In this document: piece after piece, positions 23,901 through 35,415 of the stretch
Position numbering within the stretch: position 1 is the stretch's first letter
How the letters are laid out: each line of letters begins with the position of its first letter
Origin: Octopus sinensis
Lineage: Eukaryota
Reading direction: 5' to 3'
Assembly: GCF_006345805.1 (NCBI RefSeq)
Contig: NC_042999.1
Span: 95,232,001-95,296,000 of the forward strand
Length of the DNA stretch: 64,000 nucleotides
The notes under the pieces: generated by a model
Database searches by the model: none
Told to the model about the DNA's origin: nothing
The model's input: only the letters and a program-made list of their open reading frames with translations
Made by a program: the position numbers and the translations under genes

Positions 23901-24041
23901 AGCAGCATCGAACTCCCTTGTTGATCAAGTGCCACGTATCAGAGGTGGATTCACAAACTAGTGTGGCTCATTCAGCGGTGGTGCCCCAGCATGGCCGCGG
24001 CCTTCGGGCTAAAACTTTTAAGGATTTAAGGATTTAAGGTT
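20970..24041 (+). mobile_element. CR1-clade LINE: complete ORF2 region (APE + RT) broken by indels, 3'UTR and tail
   Basis: APE: LLNVGGL, ALTETHL, RTDRKGRSHGGVAMYI, MGDFNLP, NILDLCFTN, SDHNII. RT: AGPDGFP, NYRPISLTSHISK, QHGFRPGRGCLTQLL, YLDFAKAFDKVDH, VPQGTVLGPLMF, YADDT. C-terminus: YWERLK.LNLFSLERRR, FKTKLDLFL. Tail (TTTAAGGA)n. Confidence 0.95.
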
Positions 24042-24178
24042 TATATATATATATACATATATATGTACATATATATATAGATACATATATATATATATAT
24101 GTACATATATATATATACATATATATATATATATGTACATATATATATACATATATATATATACATATATATATGTAC

Positions 24179-24210
<32 letters not shown>

Positions 24211-24951
24211 GTACATTATATATATACATATATATATATACAATATATATGTACATATATATATATATACTATATATATATATGTACATATATATATACA
24301 TATATATATATACATATATATGTACATATATATATATATACATATATATACATATATATATGTACATATATATATATATATATATATGTACATATATATA
24401 TATATATATATGTACATATATATATATATCATATATATATATGTACATGTATAGATAAATACATATATATATATATGTACATATATAATATAACATATAT
24501 ATGTACATATATATATATTATATATATGTACATATATATATATATATATATGTACATATATATATATACATATATATATGTACATATATATATAAATACA
24601 TATATATATATATGTACATATATAGATATATAGTACATATATATATATATACATATATATATATGTACATAGATATATAAATACATATATATATATATAT
24701 GTACATATATATATATCATATAGGTACATATATATATAGATATACATATAATATATGGACTATATATATATAAATACAGATATAGATAGATATGTACATA
24801 TATATATATATACTATATATATATATATAGATACATATATAGATATAGATGTACATATATATACATAGATATATATATATGTACAATATAATATATACTA
24901 TTATATATATATATGTACATATATATATATAACATATATATATATATGTAC

Positions 24952-24991
<40 letters not shown>

Positions 24992-25302
24992 GTACATATA
25001 TATATATATGTACATATATATATGTATGTACATATATATATATACATATATATATATAGATATATATATATATATATATAGTATATAGATATATATGTAC
25101 ATAATATATATAATATGTACATATATATATATATATATGTACATATTATATATATATATATGTACATTATATATATATGTACATATATATATATATATAT
25201 GTACATATAATATATATTATATGTACATATATATATATATGTACATTATATATATATATATATATGTACATATATATATATATAATATATAATATGTACT
25301 AT

Positions 25303-25336
<34 letters not shown>

Positions 25337-25469
25337 CATATATATATATATATATGTACATATATATATAGAATATATTACATATATATCTATATATTAT
25401 ATAATAATATATATATATGTATACATATATAGATATATAATCTATTACATATATATATATATATAGTAC

Positions 25470-25520
<51 letters not shown>

Positions 25521-25592
25521 TAATAATATAACATAATATATATAATATATAGATATACATATATATATATATATATTATATATAATAGGTAC

Positions 25593-25634
<42 letters not shown>

Positions 25635-25655
25635 TTATATATATATATATATATA

Positions 25656-25693
<38 letters not shown>

Positions 25694-25903
25694 TATATAT
25701 ATATATATATACATATATATGTACATATATATATATATATATATATGTACATATATATATATATATATATATGTACATATATATATTATGTACATATATA
25801 TATATGTACAATATATATATGTAATATAATATATATATGTACATATATATATACATATATATATATATGTACATATATATATATATACATATATATATAT
25901 ATG

Positions 25904-25940
<37 letters not shown>

Positions 25941-26053
25941 ATATATATAATATATATATATGTAATATAGTATATGTTACATATATATATTATATATATA
26001 TATATATATATATGTACATATATATTATATATGTACATATATATATATATGTA

Positions 26054-26100
<47 letters not shown>

Positions 26101-26194
26101 TATATATATATATATATATATATTATTCTATTATGTACATATATATATATATATATGTACATATATATATATGTACTATATATATTATATACAT

Positions 26195-26246
<52 letters not shown>

Positions 26247-27273
26247 GTACATATATATATATGTACATATATATATATATGTACATATATATATATGTAC
26301 ATATATATATATGTACATCCTATATATATAATATATATATATATTATATATATATATATTATATATATATATATATATGTACATATATATATATACCATA
26401 TATATATCTATATATATATATATATTTATATATATGTACATATATATAGATGTACATATATATATATATGTCATTAATATATAGAATGTACATATATATA
26501 TATATATGTACACTATATATATATATGTTCGTACTATATATATATGTACATATATATATATATATGTACATATTATATATAATGTACATATTATTATATA
26601 TGTTCATATATATATATAGGTCATATATCTATATATATATGTACATATATATATATGTACTATATATTATATATGTACATATATATATGTACATATATAT
26701 AGGTATATATATAATGTACATATATATATGTATATATATATATGTACATATATATAGTACATATATATGTACATATATATATATGTACATATATATGTAC
26801 ATATAATATGTACATTATGTACATATATATATATGTCATATATATATGACATATATATATGTATATATATATATGTACAATATATATGTATATATATATG
26901 TACATATATATATATGTACATATATATGTACATATTATATATGTACATATATATATATGTACATATATATGTACATATATATATATGTACTATATATGTA
27001 CATATATATGACATATATATGTACATATATATATATGTACATATATATGCAATATATATATGTACATATATATATGTACTATATATATATGTACATATAT
27101 ATGGTACATATATATATATGTACATATATATATGTACATATATTGTACATATATATATGTACATATATACATATGTACATATATATGTACTATATATATA
27201 TGTACATATATACATATGTACATATATATGTACATATATATCTATATATGTACATATATACATATATATGTAC

Positions 27274-27304
<31 letters not shown>

Positions 27305-27412
27305 TGTACATATGTATATGTACAATATATGTACATATATATATATATGTACATATGTATATGTACATATATATGTACATATATATATATGTATGTACAT
27401 ATATATATATAT
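24042..27412. repeat. ~3.4 kb (TA)n array periodically interrupted by GTAC
   Basis: Dominant unit is (AT)k-GTAC, read directly. Confidence 0.95.
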
Positions 27413-28297
27413 GTAAGGTTCCACCAAGGCTCAGTCCTCAGCCCCCTCCTATTTATCATAGTACTCCAGGCAATAATGGAGGAATTCAAGACAAGATGCC
27501 CCTGGGAGCTCCCCTATACTGATGACCTTGCTCTAATTACTGAGTCACTATCAGAACTGGAGGAGAAGTTTCAGGTGTGGAAGCAAGGATTAGAATCGAA
27601 GGGCCTTAGAGTTAATCTACCTAAAACCAAAGTCCTAATAAGTAGGAAGGTAGACAAATCACAAACGCCTTCAGGTAGATGGCCCTGCTCGATCTGTAGA
27701 AAAGGTGTAGGTAGAAACTCTATAAGATGCACCAAGTGTAAGTTATGGACACATAAGAGGTGCAGCAATGTCAAAGGAAGGTTAACTAGGAAGATGGTTT
27801 TTGTATGTGGCAGATGCTCAGGAGCAATAAACACTGAAAATGCTCTGAGACCAACTTCTGCCACATTCCAGGAAGAAAAACTAGAAATAGTTGATAGCTT
27901 CCATTACCTAGGTGACCAAGTCAGTAGTGGGGGCGGGTGTGCTGAAAGTGTAACTGCTAGAGTAACAATAGCTTGGGCAAAGTTCAGAGAGCTCTTACCT
28001 CTGCTGGTGACAAAATGCCTCTCGCTCAGAGTGAAAGGCAGACTATATGAAGCATGTCTACGAACAGCCATGCTACATGGCAGTGAAACAAGGGCTGTGA
28101 CTGCTGAGGATATGCGTAAGCTCACAAGAAATGAAGCCAGTATGCTCCGATGGATGTGTAATGTCAGTGTTCATACTTGACAGAATGTAAGTACCTTGAG
28201 AGAAAAGCTGGACCTAAGAAGCATCAGTTGTGGTGTGCAAGAGAGACGTTTGTGCTGGTATGGTCATGTGGCGAGAATGGATGAAGATTGTTGTGTA
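27413..28297 (+). mobile_element. RTE LINE RT fragment bounded by (TA)n on both sides
   Basis: [67 protein letters not shown]. Confidence 0.93.
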
Positions 28298-28307
28298 CGT
28301 ATGCCGC

Positions 28308-28332
<25 letters not shown>

Positions 28333-28339
<7 letters not shown>

Positions 28340-28697
28340 CAAAATGGGACAAGAACACAAAACATCCAGATAGACGATACAAAAAACATGGATGGGTCAT
28401 TCGAAGCCTTTAATCTTCAGTCAAGAACTGGATCATCCTCGCAATTTTGGCCAGCCCCAAGGAAAAACTAAGCTAAGAGCATTAGATTCCTTGGAAAAAG
28501 GATTGAATGTATACGAAACAAGGACGGAAAAACGGATGATGTTACACGAATATAAATACAAAATTACTACAAAAAAACAATAATAATAATAACAGGACAC
28601 AACAACAGGCGTCTTTCGACTGGGGATGAATTGAATTCAGCTGTTGTGATGGGAATAAAGCCTTATGGCAGAGGAAAATCAATGTGGACCGTGACGG

Positions 28698-28700
<3 letters not shown>
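28333..28700 (-). mobile_element. (TA)n-flanked ~370 bp element, possibly a PLE 3' end
   Basis: Sharply bounded by (TA)n on both sides. Minus strand reads IFLCHKALFPSQQLN (weakly like a GIY-YIG C-terminus) followed by a pyrimidine-rich UTR. Confidence 0.45.
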
Positions 28701-28773
<73 letters not shown>

Positions 28774-28916
28774 TGTATATATATATATGTATATATAGTA
28801 TATATGTATATATTATGCATATATATATGTATATTATAAATATGTATATATTTATGTACATATATGTGTTTATATATATATATATATGTATTTATATATA
28901 TGTATGTATTTTTATG

Positions 28917-28969
<53 letters not shown>

Positions 28970-28970
28970 A
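28701..28970. repeat. (TA)n microsatellite
   Basis: Direct reading. Confidence 0.95.
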
Positions 28971-28991
28971 TAAAATCGATAAGTTAAACTT

Positions 28992-30039
28992 GACACATAA
29001 GAGGTGCAGCAACATCAAAGGGGGATTTACCAGGAAGATAACTTTCATGTTCATGAGATGCACTGGAGCAATAAGCAGCACAGATGCTCAGAAAATAGAT
29101 TCCATCACACACCAGGGGGAGAAACTAGAAGTAGTTTGTAGCTTCCGCTACCTAGGTGACCAAGTTAGTAGTGGGGGTGAATGCTCTGAGAATGTTACCA
29201 CTAGAATAAGAATAGCTTGAGCAAAGTTTAGAAAGCTTCTACCCCTACTATGAGAAAAGGCCTCTCTCTCAGAGTGAGAGGTAGATTGTACGATGCATGT
29301 GTGCGAACTGCCATGCTTCACAGCAGGGAAACATGGGCTGCAACTCTGGAGGACATGCGTAGACTCGAAAGAAATGAAGCTACCATGATCAGCTGGATGT
29401 GTAATATCAGTGTGCACACACAACAGTGTATAAATGCCCTGAGAGAAATGTTGGACATAAGAAGCATTGGATGTGGTGTGCAAGAGAGACGTTTGCACTG
29501 GTATGGTCATGTACTATTGATGGATGAGGAGAGCTGTGTAAAATAGTGCCACTCCCAAACAGTTGAAAGAATCCAAGGTAGAAGTAGACTCTGGAAGACA
29601 TGAAATGAGGTGGTGAAGCATGATCTTCGAACGTTGGGTCTCACAGAGGCCATGACAAACGACTGAGACCTCTGGAGATGTGCTGTGACTGCAAAGACCC
29701 AGCAAATAATGTGAGTTATTCAAAAGTGCCTTTGATCGTAGGGCAACCTGCTGTGCTTGAGGAGACCTATTGAGCCAAGTACATCAACATCAAAATGAAA
29801 ATCAAATGGAAATTGTAATTGTGATACCCGTACCGGAGGCACGTTAAAAGTACCAACCAACATGGCCATTGTCAGCCTCCTCTGGCCCCTCTAGCCTGTG
29901 GCACATAAAAATCACCCACTACATTCATGGAGTGGCTGGCGTTAGGAAGGACATCCAGCTGTAGAAACACTGCCAGATCAGACCGGAACCGTCCAACCTA
30001 TGCTAGCATGGAAAACAGACATTAAATGATGATGATGAT
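28992..30039 (+). mobile_element. RTE LINE 3' fragment with UTR and (GAT)n tail
   Basis: [49 protein letters not shown]; tail GCATGGAAAACAGACATTAAAT(GAT)n. Confidence 0.92.
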
Positions 30040-30399
30040 ATACCAATGTATACGTATATATGTATATATGTTATATATATATTATATATATATATATATA
30101 TTTAATATATATATATATTATATATATATGCCTTGTAAATACCCATTCACTTCAGAAAATCTATATAAGTATCTCTGTACATTTTCTGTCATTTATTGAC
30201 GGCTATTATTAGGGGAAAGTAGAAGGGTAAATTTTCATAAGGTCTTTTCTCTATGTTTTGCTTTTGACTTATGAGATTATTGATTATTGTAGAGAGGTTT
30301 TACTTTCATTACTCCTGATTTAAGAGCATTTCCGTAGTTACAAATAGTTATATATTTATTCATTCCTTTATTTATTTTTCCATATCCACGTCAAATCCT

Positions 30400-30950
30400 T
30401 TTCAAGAGTTTGCATAACTTTACTCTCGCTTCTGCATCACACCGTCATTTCCCTTTTCTCTCTTTCTTTCTCTATTGCTTCTCTCTAAATATGTAGACAC
30501 TCTCTCTCTTTCTCTCCATCTCTTTACTTCATTTCATCACACCATCTTTCTTTGTCACACTGTCACTTTCTCGTTTCCCTCTTTCTCTCACTATTTTGTC
30601 TCTCTAAAGATATAGACACTCCTTCTCTCTTTCTCTATTCTTGACTTCATCATCCCATAATGCTTCTCTCAGACCCTCAATCTCTCTTCTCCCCATTTCT
30701 CTTTTTCTCTCTCTCTATTTCCTCTCTATAAATACATAAACACACACTCTCTCTTTCTCTTTTTCTTCACTTTTCGCCATTGCACCGTTCTTCTCTCACC
30801 CCTTCAAACTTCTTAAATATAGCATATATATGTGTATGCATACATATATGTATATAATGTATGTGTATGTAGATATATATATATATATATGTGTGTATAC
30901 ACACATACTTATATATGTATATATTATATATATGTGTGTGTTGTGTATAC

Positions 30951-31004
<54 letters not shown>

Positions 31005-31194
31005 TCTTTCTTTCTCCTCTCTATTTTTTCACTTCTCTCCAACACACATCCTTTCTTCTCTCAGACCCTCAACCTCTATTATAATACATACTCCCCCTCT
31101 CTCTTTCTCTCTCTGTCTCTTCTCTTCTCTCCATCACACTGTCTTTCTTCTCTCAACCTCTCAGTCTTCCTAAATATATAGACACAAACACTTC

Positions 31195-31235
<41 letters not shown>

Positions 31236-31310
31236 TTCTTCTATCATCCTCTCAATATCTCTATATAGACACACTTTCTTTATTTCTTCACTACCCTCCA
31301 TCAAACCGTT
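30400..31310. repeat. degenerate pyrimidine-rich minisatellite (~120 bp) with embedded microsatellites
   Basis: Recurring TCTCTAAATAT(A/G)TAGACAC (30481, 30601, 30723, 31169, 31261) and CATCACAC(C/T)(G/A)TC motifs. Confidence 0.6.
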
Positions 31311-31839
31311 AAATTTTTAAAAAATAATAAATAAATAAATAATATATCCATAAAAATGTCCAGAGACTGGAGGAACATGGAATTGGCATTGTTTTTGAGA
31401 GCCTGGCATTGTGAATGAGATGACCCAAACAATATAATCACAGCTGTGCTGAAGAACAATGTTTATACAACTTTAGCACAGATTGAATGAAAGAAGCAGG
31501 GGTTTACATGCACTTTCACTCTCATACGATCCCACACCAGCACTCTTGATGCCATCTTTAATAATAAACACAGCAAATATGAGAAGGATGGAGGCACGGA
31601 TGTTGATGAAAGATGTTACCCCCCACTTGGTGGACACTCAATAAAACAAAGAAAATTCAAGTGAGAAACATGCCCTGATAGTAAACCCAAGTACAAGTGC
31701 TCCTACCACCATCATAGGGATAAACCATGGAGGTGAAAGAGCCAAGAAAAAAGAACTAAAAAAGACAAAGACAAAAACAAAAGATGAAACAGGCAAAGAA
31801 GGAAGCAAACCTGACTGCCCATATAACAAAAAGGATAAA

Positions 31840-31995
31840 AAAAAGGCAGCACATACAAATGTGCAAATTCTACTTGTAAGGTGTCTTCTGGCATGGAGAG
31901 GGAGGTGCAAGCTGCCATTTTGCCCACCAAAGATCCTGCCACACAAACATGAAACAGGGCGGAAACCACATGCAAAAGGAAAGGACTACGCACCA
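31840..31995 (+). pseudogene. CCCH zinc-finger relic resembling CR1-type ORF1
   Basis: QMCKFYL*GVFWHGEGGASCHFAHQRSCHTNMKQGG resembles C.FY..G.C.HG..G..C.F.HP..C. Contains a stop and a lost Cys. Confidence 0.4.
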
Positions 31996-31996
31996 C

Positions 31997-32690
31997 CTGC
32001 CCCAAAACTGAGGTACGGAGATTCCCCTCTACCAATTCAGCGACGATACAACCTGTAGCCAATGAATTAGTAAAGAGACTCTCTTTATTACAAAATGCAG
32101 AGCCCTTTTGAATGCATCTACAACAAACGATATATCGACAATGGACTTAGATTAACACACAAGCAAATATTAAAAATGAATGATATATTCAAGAGATACC
32201 CAAGAATTTATTAAAAAACAGTCCCAATCACTGCTATAATCCACAACGAATCACTTTTAGGTCACTTGACCATTTAACATCCTACTACTATCATACAACC
32301 TGCATTCCCTTATTATTCTCTCTTCTCTTTCTCCTTCTTCTTCTTTGTCTTCTTCCTCTCTGCCACCTCCTTCCTTACTTTACAACTATTGCTGCTTAGA
32401 ATAACATCTATGCAAATATTATAAATAATACATTCAAAAGAGATGTCTCAAGAATTCAAGCATTACAACCACCCACAACAAGTCACTTCAGGGCACTTGA
32501 CCATTTAACATCCTATTACTATCATGGCACTCGCACATTCTCCTCCTCCTCCTCCTCCTCCTCCTCCTTCTTCTTCTTCTTCTTCTTCTTCTTCTTCTTC
32601 TTCTTCTTCTTCTTCTTCTTCTTCTTCTTCTTCTTCTTCACAATGACCTCAAACCCACAAGAGTACACAAGAGAGAAAGAGAAAGGCATT
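31997..32690 (+). mobile_element. PLE 3' end (GIY-YIG C-terminus and UTR with (TTC)n), relative of the minus-strand PLE
   Basis: PLYQFSDDTTCSQ*ISKETLFITKCRALLNAS versus PLYQFRDDTTSRQRISKENLFITKYKPLLNGS at 33567-33680 (-). UTR homology continues to ~32690. Confidence 0.8.
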
Positions 32691-32807
32691 TTTTTTACTT
32701 TTACATTTTTTCCATATATATCAACTCGTGTGTTATATTTATGTATGTATATATGTACTCGTCCATATTGTACATATGCGCGGTGTATCTAGTTGTATGG
32801 ATAGTTC

Positions 32808-32851
<44 letters not shown>

Positions 32852-32855
<4 letters not shown>

Positions 32856-34261
32856 AAACAAGTCAAAAATAGAAAATGCTAAGATAATTTTATAGTGAAT
32901 CTTTCAGTACCGGTTTCGGTCATTTTGAGACCTTTTCAACTGTAACGATTAAATAATTAAATTTAGAATAATTAGAAGAAAAGTTTTTTTTTTTAAATAT
33001 TTCTATGGTAGTGTTCAGATATAAGTAGCATTCTGCCTTTCTCTGACTCCCTTGTTTGCACTTGTGTGTTCGAGGTCGTTTTGAGTTCTTGGTAGGGTAG
33101 GTGAAGAATAAGGAGGCTGATGTGGAGAGGGGGTGGGGAAATCTGGGAATGCCTTGATGGTCGTATTTTGAATGGTCAGTGGCTGACAGTAGTCGCAGTT
33201 CAATTCAGGAATTGTTTATGGAATTTGCGTAGGCGTTATACTGAAAGACATTAGTGACAAGGTTAAGGGGTGGAAGGTGGAGAAGTAGAAGAAGAAGAAG
33301 AAGATGACGATGTTGATGATGATGATGATGAAGAAGAAGAAGAAGAAGAAGGAGAAGGAGAAGATGATGGTGATGATGATGATGACGACGATGATGATGA
33401 TAATGATGATGATGAAGAAGAAGAGGAAGAAGAAGAAGAAAAAAACAGAGAAGGGAGAATATGAATGGGTGAAAGTATAGCTGTGATGGGGCTGATTAGT
33501 AATGGATTCTATGGAGTGTAATATTTGTGTGTGTATATATTTCTTTTATTCTAAAGTTGAGGTATATTAATTGTTTGTCGTAGATCCGTTAAGAAGTGGC
33601 TTGTATTTTGTAATAAAGAGATTTTCTTTACTTATTCGTTGTCTCGAGGTTGTATCGTCCCTAAATTGGTAGAGGGGGAAAATCCTGAAGTTTGGTATTT
33701 TTTTGTTGGCGCAAGTATCTATGTGTTGGCTAAAAGCTATTTTTCTGTTTTGGGGAATTTTTATCTGGGATCTGTGCAGGGCCATTCGTTACGCAAAACC
33801 ATTTTTTGTTTGGCCTATGTACTGCTCTTGACACCCGGAGCAGGTTAGTGAGTATATTAGGTTCTCCGAAGCACATGTGAAGTTGCTTTTCACTGTAAAC
33901 TGTTGTCCCTGTTTGAAGGAGAACTCTGATCCCTCAATTAGATAGTCGCATATCCCGCAATTGGGTCTTCCACATTTTTTTACTGTCGGCATCTGTGTTG
34001 AAGAGTGAATTCAGGCTTGTGTTAGGAGATTTTTCATGGATCTAGGCTGTCTTTTGCTTTTTATGATCGTGTGTGTTTGGAGGATTGTGTTCATTCTTTG
34101 GTCTTTTTTTAGGAGGGGTATGTTGTGGAGGATGGTGCCGAAGGCTTCGTTATTGAGAGGGTTGTGTGTGGAGATGTATGGTAAGGCTTTTGGTTGTAAG
34201 TTTTTCTTTGATTTGGGATGTCTCAGTTCCTTGATGTTAAGTTGAAGGGCACGTTGAATGC
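32852..34261 (-). mobile_element. Penelope-like element 3' part: linker, GIY-YIG endonuclease and pseudo-LTR
   Basis: LPYISTHNP, KSKRQPRSMKNLLTQA, CGRPNCGICDY, FTCASENLIYSLTCSGCQEQYIGQT, HRSQI..AFSQHI, KENLFITKYKPLLN. Few frame breaks; flanked by (TA)n on both sides. Confidence 0.92.
32901..32947 (-). ncRNA. type-I hammerhead ribozyme, U3:A8 core variant
   Basis: Minus strand TTACAG-TTGAAAA-GGTC-TCAAAAT-GACC-GAAA-CCGG-TA-CTGAAA: helix I CAG/CUG, perfect helix II, GAAA, palindromic ACCGGU helix III, GUA site. Same sense as the PLE ORF. Confidence 0.75.
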
Positions 34262-34292
<31 letters not shown>

Positions 34293-34293
34293 C

Positions 34294-34358
<65 letters not shown>

Positions 34359-34631
34359 TTGTGTATGTATATATGCATCTAAGCTTGACCAGAAAGAGAA
34401 TTTTCGTTTAAGTATTATCTTCCTTTCAACTTCTACTTCCTTTTCTTTCTCTAAATAGTTGCAACAGTGAAGGCTGATTACATCATTTTCTCTAATCTAG
34501 AATACCTACCTTCCATATTCAGATTTAAATTTTTTGTGTTTCAATAATTTTTCTCTGATTTTATACATTCTCGAATTTGATGGACATATATCAGTATGTA
34601 AGCTGACTCAAGAAATCTCTAGAGAGACTTT

Positions 34632-34687
34632 TTATTGATGTACCTGAAGAGTCCCAGAACAGGTCAAAACAAGCGTTGTATCCAATA
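34632..34687 (+). ncRNA. decayed hammerhead-like motif in a PLE-like tail (~34370-34800)
   Basis: TATTG-ATG-TAC-CTGAAGA-GTCC-CAGAACA-GGTC-AAAAC-AAGC-GTT-GTA-TC-CAATA, followed by AATAAA. Carries G12A and one helix II mismatch. Confidence 0.45.
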
Positions 34688-34871
34688 AAGTCTATTACAC
34701 ATTGCATCTCCTATTTTATTCATACTGTTACCCTGAAAAATCTTTGCATTAAAGCTATGGATAACCAAATGTAATCGAAAATGTGCCACTTTGCTCATCA
34801 TCAATTTATACATTTTGTACATTTCTGCATTATATATATGTATATATATATTTATTGTATGTATGTATGTA

Positions 34872-34939
<68 letters not shown>

Positions 34940-34942
<3 letters not shown>

Positions 34943-35129
34943 TGGGAGAGTTTATGAAAAAAACAAAAAAGACAAAGACAGGTGGTGTACAAAACAAACA
35001 GATGTATTAGTATAACGCTCAGGAATAGAAAACGTCTTTTACGTTTCGAGCCTACGCTCTTCTACAGAATGGGACGCAGAAAAAACAAGGAGAGAAAAAA
35101 AATGTGTGTAGTGGCTAACGATCTCTCAC

Positions 35130-35130
<1 letters not shown>
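34940..35130 (-). mobile_element. (TA)n-flanked mini-element, copy 1, with hammerhead-like motif
   Basis: Minus strand CTGTAGA-A-GAGC-GTAG-GCTC-GAAAC-GTA-AAAG at 35036-35067. Homologous to 35190-35371. Confidence 0.7.
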
Positions 35131-35161
<31 letters not shown>

Positions 35162-35189
35162 GTATATATATGTATATATATATACATAT

Positions 35190-35370
35190 AGGCAAATTCA
35201 CGGAAAAAACAAAAGACGAAAGTCAGATGGTGTGGAAAACAAACAGATATATTAGTATAACATTCGGGAATTGAAAAAGTCTTATGTTTCGAGCCTACAC
35301 TCTTCTACAAAGAGGAACACAGAAAGAAACAAGGAGAGAAAAAAATTTGTGTAGTGGCTACCGATCTATC

Positions 35371-35371
<1 letters not shown>
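35190..35371 (-). mobile_element. (TA)n-flanked mini-element, copy 2
   Basis: Shares AAACAAACAGAT.TATTAGTATAAC, GTTTCGAGCCTAC.CTCTTCTACA and AACAAGGAGAGAAAAAAA..TGTGTAGTGGCTA with copy 1. Confidence 0.7.

Positions 35372-35415
<44 letters not shown>

Noticed and set aside
24034-27522. Dozens of long Ile/Tyr-rich ORFs (also at 5450-5851, 19542-20499 and 35354-37303)
   Set aside because: They are translations of (TA)n/(TATG)n arrays, which lack stop codons in some frames; there is no coding signal.
26846-28180. 444 aa ORF, the longest in the track
   Set aside because: Chimera of microsatellite translation and an RTE RT fragment that starts at 27413. The same applies to 4689-5825 (-).
28395-28445. 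Minus-strand CTGAAGA in the (TA)n-flanked 28333 element as a hammerhead
   Set aside because: Followed by GAAT rather than GAAA with no proper helix II; it folds better as a bulged hairpin. It is worth rechecking only against a family consensus.
31638-31946. Hydrophobic minus-strand ORF resembling a membrane protein
   Set aside because: Antisense of an A-rich TE-derived stretch; poly-T gives Phe/Leu/Val.
33270-33464. Acidic poly-E/D ORF
   Set aside because: Antisense reading of a (TTC)/(TCA) microsatellite in the PLE 3'UTR.
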